From Nitrosopumilus sp. (GTDB taxonomy: Archaea; Thermoproteota; Nitrososphaeria; Nitrososphaerales; Nitrosopumilaceae), in contig OZ245003.1 of assembly GCA_965223425.1 (NCBI GenBank), positions 2,048,001 through 2,112,000 of the forward strand: a DNA stretch of 64,000 bases, written 5' to 3'. Position 1 is the stretch's first letter. The number at the start of each line of letters is the position of its first letter. Both the position numbers and the translations under genes were made by a program. Positions 1-9,896 of this stretch are shown piece by piece. The notes below the pieces were generated by a model. It was given only the letters and a program-made list of their open reading frames with translations, was not told where the DNA came from and made no database searches.

Positions 1-2
1 TT

Positions 3-185
3 GAGACCAAACGGGAACTATACAATCTATTGCCCAAAGGAATGCAGTATCCGTCATTTAACTTTATTTTAGATGTTTTGGAAAAACAAAACAAAATCGT
101 ATTTGATAAAGACGGTTCTTTTTTCTGGATTGGCAATGCAAGCCAAAAGCTAGAAAAGAGTATTAAAAACGCAAAGGAATACTAG
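3..185 (+). CDS. 3' end of small hypothetical protein (possible winged helix), partial at window edge
   Basis: Open frame ETKRELYNLLPKGMQYPSFNFILDVLEKQNKIVFDKDGSFFWIG...EY* read manually. Confidence 0.55.
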   Translation, partial: ETKRELYNLLPKGMQYPSFNFILDVLEKQNKIVFDKDGSFFWIGNASQKLEKSIKNAKEY

Positions 186-339
186 ATTCTTTAAAAGAGC
201 AAAATGAGCAAAGAAAAGTTATCTGGCTTTCAAGATTTGGGTTGATCAAGCCCAACGAGTAATTGTACTCAATTCCGCATGAACCTGAGTTCAATGGTTC
301 ACGTTATTTTTAAGTAGGGCGCAAAACGGAGATCAACGC

Positions 340-1122
340 ATGGTATCAGGCAACCAAATCAGACTCAACCGAATTCTCAAAAAAGGGAAAATGCTTTGCA
401 TTCCAATGGACCACGGCATTTCAAATGGGCCCATCGAGGGTCTTGAAAATCCCGCCGATACAATCTACAAATGTGAGGGACATGGCCTCACCAGTGTAAT
501 TATCAACAAAGGGATTCTCAAAACACTGCCTAAACCAACTAGGGTTGGCATTTTAGTTCATTTTTCAAGTAGTACTGCATTATCATTATCACCTAATCGC
601 AAGATGTTGACTGGAACCGTAAAAGAAGCTGCGGCGATGGGAGCAGATGGCGTTTCATTACACATCAACGTTGGAGGTAAAGAAGAACCAGAGATGTTAG
701 AGCAGCTTGGCATGACTGCAGATCAATGCCACAAGTGGGGAATGCCGCTTTTGGCGATGATGTATCCGAGGGGGGAGAACATAAAAGATCCTCATGATCC
801 TGAGATTGTCGGACATGTCGCAAGGATTGGTGCAGAGTGTGGTGCAGATATTGTTAAAACATTATACACTGGCGATGTAGATTCCTTTGCAAGAATTGTA
901 AAGAGCACACCAGTTCCAATTGTCATTGCCGGCGGACCTAAAGCAAAAACAGATTTAGATATTCTTCAAATGACTGAAGATGCTATGACTGCAGGAGCTA
1001 AAGGTGTCACATACGGCAGAAACATCTTTGCACACAAAAATCCTGAAAAAATGGTAGAGGCACTAGCTGAAATAATTTTCAGAAATAAAACTGCAAAGGA
1101 AGCATTGAAGAAAATTGAGTAA
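340..1122 (+). CDS. aroA': 2-amino-3,7-dideoxy-D-threo-hept-6-ulosonate (ADH) synthase, DhnA-type class I aldolase
   Basis: PMDHG, AMMYPRG, GADIVKT, AGGPK motifs; first gene of archaeal shikimate operon. Confidence 0.9.
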   Translation: MVSGNQIRLNRILKKGKMLCIPMDHGISNGPIEGLENPADTIYKCEGHGLTSVIINKGILKTLPKPTRVGILVHFSSSTALSLSPNRKMLTGTVKEAAAMGADGVSLHINVGGKEEPEMLEQLGMTADQCHKWGMPLLAMMYPRGENIKDPHDPEIVGHVARIGAECGADIVKTLYTGDVDSFARIVKSTPVPIVIAGGPKAKTDLDILQMTEDAMTAGAKGVTYGRNIFAHKNPEKMVEALAEIIFRNKTAKEALKKIE

Positions 1123-2176
1123 GACAAGAGAGCTGATAATTGCACCCAAAATGTCTCAGGCACAACTAGCTAAATTTCTTCCTCAATTAGAAGACGAGGG
1201 AATCAAAATGGTATATCTTGATCCTAGAAAAATAGGCAAGAAAAAGACAAAACTAGAGACAGTTTTCCCCTCAAATGCTGCAAAATACGTAGTACTTGAA
1301 AAAGAGGCAGCATCAAAGCCCAAAGGAAGAAAATCTGGAAGAAAATTCCAGGTATTATCAAATTCAGATATTGAAGATATTCTTTCTGTCGCTAGGAAGG
1401 GGTTAGACTTTGTCATAGTAGAAGTAAAAGACTGGAAGATTATTCCCCTAGAGAACATTATTGCCAAACTTCACAAAGTCCATACCAAAATTTTTGCAAT
1501 TGCAAGAACTCCTGAAGAAGTAAGAAAGATGTTCTCAATTTTAGAGGTCGGAGTAGATGGGGTAATTTTCAGTACATCGTCAATTAATGAGGTAAGGGAG
1601 GCCATGGTGTATCTGGGTACCAGGAGTTTTGACATGAAACCTGCAAGGATCATCGACATTAAGGAAGTGGGGGATGGAGAACGGGTTTGTGTAGATACAG
1701 CTTCGATGCTTCACAAGGGGGAAGGAATGCTAATTGGAAGCAGATCAAATTTTTTGTTTTTAGTCCATAATGAATCAGTGGGATCATCATTTACATCCCC
1801 AAGGCCATTTCGAGTAAACGCAGGTGCTGTTCATTGTTACACGCTTTCACCAGATGGCACAACTAGTTATCTCTCAGAAGTCGAAACAGGCTCTGAGGTA
1901 TTGATTCTTAATTCTAAAGGAAAGGCAAGAAGGGCAACGGTTGGAAGATCAAAGATAGAACGGAGACCGATGTTAATGATTAAAGCATCCGCAGGAGGGG
2001 AGGTAGGAGGAATAATCGCACAGGATGCAGAAACGATTCGTTTTGTAAAACCAAACGGACAGCTAGTATCAGTCACCCACTTGAAGAAAGGGGATACAGT
2101 AATGGTTCATGCAAAGCCTGCTGCCGGAAGACATTTTGGAATGGAAGTTTCAGACGAATACATATTAGAAAAATAA
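1115..2176 (+). CDS. aroB': 3-dehydroquinate synthase II
   Basis: WKIIPLEN, RVCVDT, RPFRVNAG, GRHFG motifs. Confidence 0.93.
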   Translation: MSKTRELIIAPKMSQAQLAKFLPQLEDEGIKMVYLDPRKIGKKKTKLETVFPSNAAKYVVLEKEAASKPKGRKSGRKFQVLSNSDIEDILSVARKGLDFVIVEVKDWKIIPLENIIAKLHKVHTKIFAIARTPEEVRKMFSILEVGVDGVIFSTSSINEVREAMVYLGTRSFDMKPARIIDIKEVGDGERVCVDTASMLHKGEGMLIGSRSNFLFLVHNESVGSSFTSPRPFRVNAGAVHCYTLSPDGTTSYLSEVETGSEVLILNSKGKARRATVGRSKIERRPMLMIKASAGGEVGGIIAQDAETIRFVKPNGQLVSVTHLKKGDTVMVHAKPAAGRHFGMEVSDEYILEK

Positions 2177-2177
2177 A

Positions 2178-2849
2178 ATGAAATACAAAACTTGCGTATC
2201 GATTGCAGAAAAAACACCGTCCAAAATAAAAAAAGTGCTAAAAATTGCGTTAAAGAAATCAGACTATGTCGAAGTCAGGTTTGATTTTTTAAAGATTGAG
2301 CACATTCCTGAAGCATTAGAGTTAGTCAAAAAAGATCTAAACAAAACTGTCTGTACACTAAGACCAAAAACAGAAGGAGGAAAATTTCCAGGGACTGAAA
2401 AAGAACGAATTGCAGTTCTAAAGTTGATTGCAGAGTATAATCCGTTTTTACTAGATGTGGAATATAACACGTTAAAGAAGAGCACAGCGTTGAGAAAATA
2501 TCTAAGATCAACAAAGACGAAACTGCTAGTATCATGGCATGACTTTAAAAAAACACCAGATTCAGCAGGCCTAAAAAAGAAGCTGAACCAGATGAGCAAA
2601 TTCTCATCAAACGTAAAAATTGTAGGTACTGCAAAGACAGCAAATGATTCAAACAGAATGCTAGAGTTGTACAGCAAAAAAGGGAAGAATAACCTGATAT
2701 CATTTGCAATGGGGGATTTGGGCAGGATTTCAAGGATTTTGTGCCTGTATTTGGGCAGCCCATACACCTATGTCTCATTAGGAAAGGCAGTTGCTCCAGG
2801 CCAATTCAGTGTCGATGAAGTAAAGAAAATTACAAGTCTGAAAAAATAA
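2178..2849 (+). CDS. aroD: 3-dehydroquinate dehydratase type I
   Basis: EVRFD, TLRPKTEGG, SWHDF, AMG, APGQ motifs. Confidence 0.93.
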   Translation: MKYKTCVSIAEKTPSKIKKVLKIALKKSDYVEVRFDFLKIEHIPEALELVKKDLNKTVCTLRPKTEGGKFPGTEKERIAVLKLIAEYNPFLLDVEYNTLKKSTALRKYLRSTKTKLLVSWHDFKKTPDSAGLKKKLNQMSKFSSNVKIVGTAKTANDSNRMLELYSKKGKNNLISFAMGDLGRISRILCLYLGSPYTYVSLGKAVAPGQFSVDEVKKITSLKK

Positions 2850-2892
2850 ACAGTTGAGAGTTTAAATCAATCATATAGCTCAGAAAAATAAG

Positions 2893-3714
2893 ATGGGAAG
2901 AACATTTGCAGTTATAGGAGATCCAATTGATCATTCACTGTCTCCAAATATCCATAGTGCAGTGTTTAGAGAACTGGATTTGGATTGCTCATACATCGCT
3001 TATAGAATTCCAAAAGGGGAATTGAAAGAAGGAATCGAGGGGTTAAAGAAAATCAATATCGACGGATTCAACATAACAATACCTCATAAAGTTGAGATGA
3101 TGAAATATTTGGATAAAATTGACGAATCATGTAGTTTGATTGGCGCAGTCAACACAGTTGTGAACAAAGAAGGGACACTCAAGGGATACAACACAGACAT
3201 GGACGGTTTTCTAGAGCCGTTTAAGAAAAGGGAATTAAACATCGGAAATTCCAGAGTTCTACTGCTTGGGGCAGGGGGGGCTGCAAGGGCAATAGTTGCA
3301 GGACTGGCAAAAGAAAAAGCAAAGAGCATAACTGTTGCAAACAGAACACTAGAAAACGCAAACAGTCTTGCAGAGTTTGCAAAAAAAATTGGGCTAGGTT
3401 GCAACACGATGAAAATTGAAGATGTGGGGGGTTCTGCCAAAGACTATGACATCATTGTCAATGCAACATCAGTGGGGTTAAAGAACGAGTCAAGCCCAAT
3501 TTCTTTAGAAGGGATTAGTGAAAAAACAGTCGCTTATGACATCATATACATGCCAATGAACACGGATTTTGTCAAACAGGCAAAGGATAAAGGAGCAACT
3601 GTCATTTTCGGTTATGAGATGCTTTTAGGTCAGGCCGTCAGGGCATTTGAGATCTGGCACGGTATGGAAGCACCTTATAATGTAATGAAAAAAGCATTGC
3701 TAGGGGGATTTTGA
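2893..3714 (+). CDS. aroE: shikimate dehydrogenase
   Basis: HSLSP, NITIPHK, GAVNT, NTDMDG, GAGGAA. Confidence 0.95.
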   Translation: MGRTFAVIGDPIDHSLSPNIHSAVFRELDLDCSYIAYRIPKGELKEGIEGLKKINIDGFNITIPHKVEMMKYLDKIDESCSLIGAVNTVVNKEGTLKGYNTDMDGFLEPFKKRELNIGNSRVLLLGAGGAARAIVAGLAKEKAKSITVANRTLENANSLAEFAKKIGLGCNTMKIEDVGGSAKDYDIIVNATSVGLKNESSPISLEGISEKTVAYDIIYMPMNTDFVKQAKDKGATVIFGYEMLLGQAVRAFEIWHGMEAPYNVMKKALLGGF

Positions 3715-4568
3715 TGGCAAAAGCAAAGGCTACAGTGCACGGGGCAATCTCTCTTGTAAATGCGATTGCAAACCAGAAAGGCGCCACATTAGGAATTTCA
3801 TTAAAGGTGGAGGCAGTAGTCAAAACGGCCCCAGGAAGAGGGATTGTACTTCAATCCAAAAACAAAAGCCTCAGTTCCCGCTTGATCAACAAAACCGTAG
3901 AGAAGATTGCTCTAAAAAAAGGCTTGGAGCAGAACAAAATAACAGTTACGCTTGATTCAGAAATTCCAACAGGGTTCGGACTAAAAAGTTCAAGTTCAAT
4001 TTCATCAGCAGTGGCGCTGGCATGTGCAAAAATATTCAAGCCAAAGCTAACTGATCAGCAAATTTTACTTGCGGGGGTTGATGCATCAATTGAATCAAGA
4101 GTGAGCATTACAGGGGCATACGATGATGCGTGCTCCTGTTATTATGGAGGATTCAATGTAACAGATAATGCAAGAAGAAAAAGAGTTCACTTTGAAAAAG
4201 GCCCAACTAATTTAATCGCAGTAATATTTATCCCTAAGAACAGAAAAAGAGGCAACCTGAAGGAACTCAAAATTCTTTCATCCGTATTTGAAAACGCATG
4301 GGAGTTGGCAAGAAAAGCAAACTATTGGGAGGCAATGAACATTAATGGATTGGCCACTGCTTCAATTTTAAACTCAGATTCTAAAATAATTACAAGTTTG
4401 ATCGACAAAGGTGCACTTGGAGCATCAGTTTCTGGAAATGGGCCTGCAGTTGCAGCAATAACAAAAAAAGGAAATGAATCAAGCATCAAAAGGGTGTTCT
4501 CAACGCTAGAAGGAAACGTTATTGTCTCTAAAGTAAGTAACAAAAAGGCTGAAGTTCATGAATTGTAA
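3714..4568 (+). CDS. aroK: archaeal shikimate kinase (GHMP family)
   Basis: PTGFGLKSSS, SITGAYDDA, SGNGP. Confidence 0.92.
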   Translation: MAKAKATVHGAISLVNAIANQKGATLGISLKVEAVVKTAPGRGIVLQSKNKSLSSRLINKTVEKIALKKGLEQNKITVTLDSEIPTGFGLKSSSSISSAVALACAKIFKPKLTDQQILLAGVDASIESRVSITGAYDDACSCYYGGFNVTDNARRKRVHFEKGPTNLIAVIFIPKNRKRGNLKELKILSSVFENAWELARKANYWEAMNINGLATASILNSDSKIITSLIDKGALGASVSGNGPAVAAITKKGNESSIKRVFSTLEGNVIVSKVSNKKAEVHEL

Positions 4569-5832
4569 AGTTGAAAAATCAAAAATTTCCGGACAAATAG
4601 TTTGCCCTCCAAACAAGAGTTACACGCACAGAGCAATTTTTCTTGCATCACTTGCAGGAAATAACAGCAGGGTGGATAACGTATTGCTGTCAGCTGATAC
4701 TATGGCAACAATTGATGCTTGCAGGAAATTTGGCGCAGGGATAGAAATCAGGGATTCATCAATTATTGTCAAAAATCCCATAAAACTAGGCACAAATGTG
4801 CCTGAAATTAACACAGAAAACTCTGGAACTACAATTAGAATTGCATCAGGAATTGCAAGCCTATTTTCTGAAGAGATTACTCTAACGGGGGATAAAAGCC
4901 TACAAAAAAGACCGATGCAGCCTCTCCTAGACGCGCTATCAAGCATGGGTGCGCAATGCAGCTCATCAGGCGGGAGTCCACCAATAAAAATCAAGGGGAA
5001 AATTTCAGGGGGCAGCGTAACAATTCCAGGAAGTTTCTCCAGTCAATTTATTTCTGCATTATTAATCAGCGCACCACTGACAGAAAACGGAATCAATCTT
5101 ACCATAGAGGGAAGTTTGGTGTCAAAACCATATCTTGATGCAACGATTGCAACAATGAGAAAGTTTGGGGTGTCTGTACAGACGTTAATCCCTTACAAAA
5201 AATACAACATACCACCACAAGTTTACAAAAATGCCGTATTTACAGTTCCAATTGATTTTTCAAGTCTGGCACTACTTCTCTCAGCTGCAGTGCTTAACGG
5301 AGAAGAAGTTATCATCAAAGGAAACATTGGGAACTTGCCACAAGGTGATGAAGCCTTTATTGATATTTTAGAACGGTTGGGAGTAAGTGTTAGTGTCAAT
5401 GATGATGATGATGAAGTCAAAATCAAATCGCCTGAAAAATTGAAAGGTGGGAAATTTGATTTAAGTAATTCGCCAGACTTGCTTCCACCTCTTGCAATTT
5501 TGGCATTAAATACATCAAATCCAATTGAGATAGTTAACGTAAAACATGCAAGATTAAAGGAAACAGATAGAATTGCAATCACAGCTAGAGAAATGGCAAA
5601 ACTTGGAATAAAAGTTGAAGAAAAAGACGACGGATTAATTTTAGAATCATCAGAAAGTCTAAAGGGGGCAGAACTAAACTCTGAAAATGATCATAGATTG
5701 TTTATGGCATTTTGTATAGCTGGAATGTATGTAGGGGATTGCACCATAACAGATCCAGAATCAGTAAGAGTTTCGTATCCAAACTTTGTAGATGAGATGA
5801 ACAGTCTTGGAGCTAAAATTCAAAACCAATAG
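4558..5832 (+). CDS. aroA: EPSP synthase
   Basis: KSYTHRA, NSGTTIR, SSQFISA, KETDRI, DHRL. Confidence 0.95.
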   Translation: MNCKVEKSKISGQIVCPPNKSYTHRAIFLASLAGNNSRVDNVLLSADTMATIDACRKFGAGIEIRDSSIIVKNPIKLGTNVPEINTENSGTTIRIASGIASLFSEEITLTGDKSLQKRPMQPLLDALSSMGAQCSSSGGSPPIKIKGKISGGSVTIPGSFSSQFISALLISAPLTENGINLTIEGSLVSKPYLDATIATMRKFGVSVQTLIPYKKYNIPPQVYKNAVFTVPIDFSSLALLLSAAVLNGEEVIIKGNIGNLPQGDEAFIDILERLGVSVSVNDDDDEVKIKSPEKLKGGKFDLSNSPDLLPPLAILALNTSNPIEIVNVKHARLKETDRIAITAREMAKLGIKVEEKDDGLILESSESLKGAELNSENDHRLFMAFCIAGMYVGDCTITDPESVRVSYPNFVDEMNSLGAKIQNQ

Positions 5833-5867
5833 AATTATTTTCAAAAAAAATCAACTAGAGAGGCTAA

Positions 5868-5953
5868 TGGCGCGACCCTGTATAGAGTGAAAAGCATTCT
5901 CCTCACCCACAACGCTTTGGCGCAGATAACATGTATTTTTCGCAGGGCCGCAC
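5868..5953 (-). ncRNA. candidate structured small RNA (three-way junction) between aroA and aroC
   Basis: Minus strand GUGCGGCCCUG/CAGGGUCGCGC 11-bp stem and GGGUGAGGAG/CUUUUCACUC hairpin pair fully only with G-U on minus; AT-rich upstream region; oligo-U tract downstream (5843-5850). Confidence 0.4.
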
Positions 5954-6162
5954 AAATTATGCGTTAAAATTTGCATGTTTTTCCATATAATGTATACATT
6001 ATTATGATATTTAATAAGATATTGTAATTATTTCATATAATTATCGATAACGGTATAATTTTCATCTGTTCGTAGTCTGTTCCCCAAAACGAGTCACAAA
6101 GACAATGGAATTTTTTCCAAAAACAGAATGAGGAATTATAAGCACCGCTTAGCTTTGATATT

Positions 6163-7260
6163 GTGTTGCCGGGAAGTTCTATTGGTCAGCGTCTTGTTTT
6201 AACAAGTTTTGGTGAAAGTCATGGAAAAGCCATTGGTGCAGTCCTAGACGGCTGTCCTGCAGGATTGGAGATTGATGAAAAAGAGATACAAAAGATGATG
6301 GATCTAAGAAAGCCAGGACAAAGCCTTATTTCAACCCAAAGAAAAGAAGGAGACGCAGTAGAAATTGTGTCAGGAGTTTTCAGAGGACATACAACCGGCG
6401 CGCCAATCACAATGATAGTTTGGAACAGCAATCAAAAATCAAAAGATTATGATAATTTAAGGACAAAACTAAGACCGGGGCATTCAGATTATACTGCCAT
6501 GATAAAGTACAGTCACTATAATGATTATAGGGGGGGCGGAAGATTCTCCGGCAGGTTAACTGCAACGCATGTCATGGGTGGCGCTATTGCAAGAAAATTA
6601 CTCAAAGTAACACTAGGGGTTGAAACAAACTCGTACACCTCACAGATTGGAAAGATAAAGATGGAGAGGGGGTTTAGTGAAAAGATGGTTGGCTCAATTT
6701 ATAAAAATGAGGTAAGGTGTCCTGAAAATAAAACTGCAAAAATGATGAGGGCAAGTATTTTGAATGCAAGAAAGAAAGGGGATTCTCTTGGAGGAATAAT
6801 TGAGTCAGTTACAACAAAGGTTCCAGTAGGATTAGGTGAACCAATCTTTAGTTCGCTAGAATCAGAGCTGAGCAAGGCAATTTTTTCAATACCATCAGTA
6901 AAGGGAATAGAGTTTGGTTCAGGGTTTGGAGGTTCAGAACTTCATGGCTCTGAAAATAACGACTTGTACACAATTAAGAAAGGAAGGATAGTAACAAAAA
7001 CAAACAATTCTGGAGGAATTTTAGGAGGCATCTCAAACGGAATGCCAGTTACCATTAGAATTGCATTCAAGCCAGCATCGTCAATTGCGCAGAAGCAAAG
7101 CACTGTAGATATTAAGACTAAAAAAGAAACGACTCTTCAAGTTAAGGGAAGGCACGACCCATGTGTTGTGCCCAGGGCGCCTCCTGTAGTAGATTCACTT
7201 GTAGCCTTGACTCTTGCAGATCATGCACTTCTTGCAGGGGCCATCAAGCCTGTTTTGTAA
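6163..7260 (+). CDS. aroC: chorismate synthase
   Basis: GESHG, RPGHSD, GGGRFSGR, GRHDPC. Confidence 0.95.
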   Translation: MLPGSSIGQRLVLTSFGESHGKAIGAVLDGCPAGLEIDEKEIQKMMDLRKPGQSLISTQRKEGDAVEIVSGVFRGHTTGAPITMIVWNSNQKSKDYDNLRTKLRPGHSDYTAMIKYSHYNDYRGGGRFSGRLTATHVMGGAIARKLLKVTLGVETNSYTSQIGKIKMERGFSEKMVGSIYKNEVRCPENKTAKMMRASILNARKKGDSLGGIIESVTTKVPVGLGEPIFSSLESELSKAIFSIPSVKGIEFGSGFGGSELHGSENNDLYTIKKGRIVTKTNNSGGILGGISNGMPVTIRIAFKPASSIAQKQSTVDIKTKKETTLQVKGRHDPCVVPRAPPVVDSLVALTLADHALLAGAIKPVL

Positions 7261-7264
7261 GAAA

Positions 7265-8635
7265 ATGTCAGATATCAATGATCTTCGGAATAGGATGAAC
7301 GAAGTCACTTTAGAGATGATAAGGCTTCTAAAAACTAGAACAGATATTGCAAAAGAAATCGGTAACGTCAAAAAAAATATCGGCATGGGAGTAACTGATG
7401 AAACACGCGAAGACAACCTACGCGAAAAAGTGATTTCACTATGCGAGGAAATAGGGTTGGACAAAACAATTGCAACAAAATATTTGAATTTTCTCTTAAA
7501 CGAATCAATAAAAGTTCAATCAGCAAACAAACAGACACATCTCTCAATTTTTCTAAAGGCCAAGTCGCTTGAACAGCAAGGAAAGAAAATTATTCATATG
7601 GAGGTAGGAGAACCAGATTTTCTTCCGCCAACTGTTGTAAAAAATGCATTAGAAGAAGTGTTTGACAAAGGATTTCTAAAATACGGTCAGGCAAAAGGAA
7701 TGCCAGCATTTAGAGAAGCACTTGCAAAATACGTCTCCAGCAAGTTTAGCACAGATGTTTCAGAGGATAACATAATAGTTAGTCCGGGTGCAAGATTCTC
7801 AGTTTTTACAGCAATTACAACACTTCTCAATCCAGGTGACGAAATGGTTGCAATAGAGCCGGCATGGCCTGCATACAAAGAATGCGCATTAAATTCCGGA
7901 ATCAAAGTTAGAACGATTAATACAACTTTGGAAAACAAGTGGGAGCCATCAATGGAACAGATTGAAAATACAATCAATTCAAACACAAAAATGATTGTGC
8001 TAAACTATCCAAATAACCCAACAGGAAAAATTCTTTCCGAAAAATTACAAGACAGCATAATGGAAACAGCTAAAAGAAATGATCTCTATGTGCTAAGTGA
8101 TGAGATTTATTCACAGTATGCAAAAACTCGTTGGAAAAGCGCTCTAAGCTACAGTTACGAGAAAAGTGTTGTCACTCAATCATTCTCAAAATCTCATGCA
8201 ATGACAGGATTTAGAATTGGGTATGGAATAGCAGATGCAAAGATTGTTGAAAAAATGGCAAAATTAGAGGCATTATGCCTAACAAATGTCCCAGAGCCAA
8301 TCCAATACATTGCCATGAAGGCACTTGAGGCAGATACGTCTGATAATACTAATACAGTACAACACAGACTGTATGTATTGACACAGAAAGCAAACGAGAT
8401 GGGGTTAGATTTTGTGATTCCAGATGGGGCAATGTACATTTTTGCACGAATCAACCAAGAAGGTTTTGACGGGGTTCAGTTTGCAAACAAAGCACTCGAG
8501 AAAGGCTTGGCAGTGGCACCAGGGGAGGGGTTTGGAGATTACAAAAATTTCATTAGAATTTCTGCGTGTCAGGACGAAAAAATACTAATTGACGGGATGA
8601 ATATATTGAGTGATATCATGAGGGATAAACAATGA
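7265..8635 (+). CDS. chorismate mutase (AroQ) fused to class I/II aminotransferase
   Basis: N-terminal LRNRM..RTDIA..IG..K..DETRE; NYPNNPTG, SDEIY, SFSKS..MTGFRIG; start taken at ATG 7265. Confidence 0.85.
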   Translation: MSDINDLRNRMNEVTLEMIRLLKTRTDIAKEIGNVKKNIGMGVTDETREDNLREKVISLCEEIGLDKTIATKYLNFLLNESIKVQSANKQTHLSIFLKAKSLEQQGKKIIHMEVGEPDFLPPTVVKNALEEVFDKGFLKYGQAKGMPAFREALAKYVSSKFSTDVSEDNIIVSPGARFSVFTAITTLLNPGDEMVAIEPAWPAYKECALNSGIKVRTINTTLENKWEPSMEQIENTINSNTKMIVLNYPNNPTGKILSEKLQDSIMETAKRNDLYVLSDEIYSQYAKTRWKSALSYSYEKSVVTQSFSKSHAMTGFRIGYGIADAKIVEKMAKLEALCLTNVPEPIQYIAMKALEADTSDNTNTVQHRLYVLTQKANEMGLDFVIPDGAMYIFARINQEGFDGVQFANKALEKGLAVAPGEGFGDYKNFIRISACQDEKILIDGMNILSDIMRDKQ

Positions 8636-9486
8636 AGAAGAAAATAACAGTTGTTGGTGCCGGGGGTCAAATGGGACAATGGTTTACAAAATATTTTGCA
8701 GATAAGAATTACGAGGTGACAGGCTATGATACAGAAAATAAAGTTTCAGGAAAAGGCGTCATAGAATCAGATTCGCTGGTAGGGGCAATTTTGAAGGCAG
8801 ACTATGTTGTTTTGTGTACTCCAACTAGAAGAACACCTGAGATCATCAGACTGATTGCAAAGGAAATGAAGCGCGGGACATATCTTATTGAAATTTCATC
8901 TGAAAAATCCAAAGTTGCATCGTCGTTAGCAAAGATGCCATCTAAAATTAATCCAATCTGCATCCATCCAATGTTTGGACCAGGGGTAAAAACAATTAAA
9001 GGCCAAAATATAATTTCAGTTCCAATCAAAGATGCCAAAAAAGAATTAACTGTTGCAAAATCATTATTTGAAGGTGCAAATTTTGTAACAATTGATGCCG
9101 TTGAGCATGATAAAAAAATAGCAGTGATTTTAGGATTAACTCATTTGATGAATCTTGTTTTTGCAAAGATTATCTCAAAGGATGAAAAGATGGTGTTGAC
9201 AGAAAAAATGTCAGGAACTACCTTTAGAGTGCAAAAAACATTAGCAGAGAGCATATTGACAGAATCCCCAGAATTAATTGAAACCATTATTGCAAATCCA
9301 GAGATTCGAAGAGTTGCCGAAGAGCTTTGGAAAGATATTGGAAGACTGCTCACTGCTGTTCAGGAATCAAAGACAGAAGAGGTGGTCAACTACATCAAAG
9401 AATGCCAAGACAGACTTGCAAAACACACAGACATCAATGAATCCTACAAAAAACTGACAAAAATGGTCAAAGCCGTTGAAAAATAA
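8632..9486 (+). CDS. tyrA: prephenate/arogenate dehydrogenase
   Basis: GAGGQMG, HPMFGP, EHDK..LGLTH. Confidence 0.9.
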   Translation: MKKKITVVGAGGQMGQWFTKYFADKNYEVTGYDTENKVSGKGVIESDSLVGAILKADYVVLCTPTRRTPEIIRLIAKEMKRGTYLIEISSEKSKVASSLAKMPSKINPICIHPMFGPGVKTIKGQNIISVPIKDAKKELTVAKSLFEGANFVTIDAVEHDKKIAVILGLTHLMNLVFAKIISKDEKMVLTEKMSGTTFRVQKTLAESILTESPELIETIIANPEIRRVAEELWKDIGRLLTAVQESKTEEVVNYIKECQDRLAKHTDINESYKKLTKMVKAVEK

Positions 9487-9491
9487 CGGAT

Positions 9492-9896
9492 ATGCGCTCG
9501 ACTAAGATAGTTACGTCGTTTATTAGAGATAATGAGAAAATATTGATTCTAAAGAGAAGTGACAAAGTAAAATCAATGAAGGGGTTGTGGGCAGGGATTA
9601 GCGGAATCATTGAAAAAGATGAAGAGCCCCTAAAAAGAGCAAAAATTGAAATTTTTGAAGAAGCCGGGATTGCAGAAGACAGGATCACACTTGTCAAATC
9701 TTCAGGGGAGATGAGAATCAACTCGCCCCAATACGAAAATCATGAATGGAATGTATTCCCGTTTTTGTTTGAAGCAAAAAACCCAGAAATCAAACTCAAT
9801 TGGGAAAACTCGGAGTTTAAATGGGTAAGCGTAGGCGATCTAGAAAACTATGAAACAGTTCCCAGTCTTCAAAAAGTCTTACTCAACCTGTTGTAG
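9492..9896 (+). CDS. NUDIX hydrolase
   Basis: G-x5-E-x7-xEIFEEAG Nudix-like box; LNWENSE. Confidence 0.85.
   Translation: MRSTKIVTSFIRDNEKILILKRSDKVKSMKGLWAGISGIIEKDEEPLKRAKIEIFEEAGIAEDRITLVKSSGEMRINSPQYENHEWNVFPFLFEAKNPEIKLNWENSEFKWVSVGDLENYETVPSLQKVLLNLL

Noticed and set aside
7214-7264. N-terminal extensions in the ORF track (also 11208-11240, 14458-14508, 15503-15553, 20575-20673, 52714-52872)
   Set aside because: They overlap neighbouring genes or structured non-coding regions; downstream ATGs fit the family N-termini better
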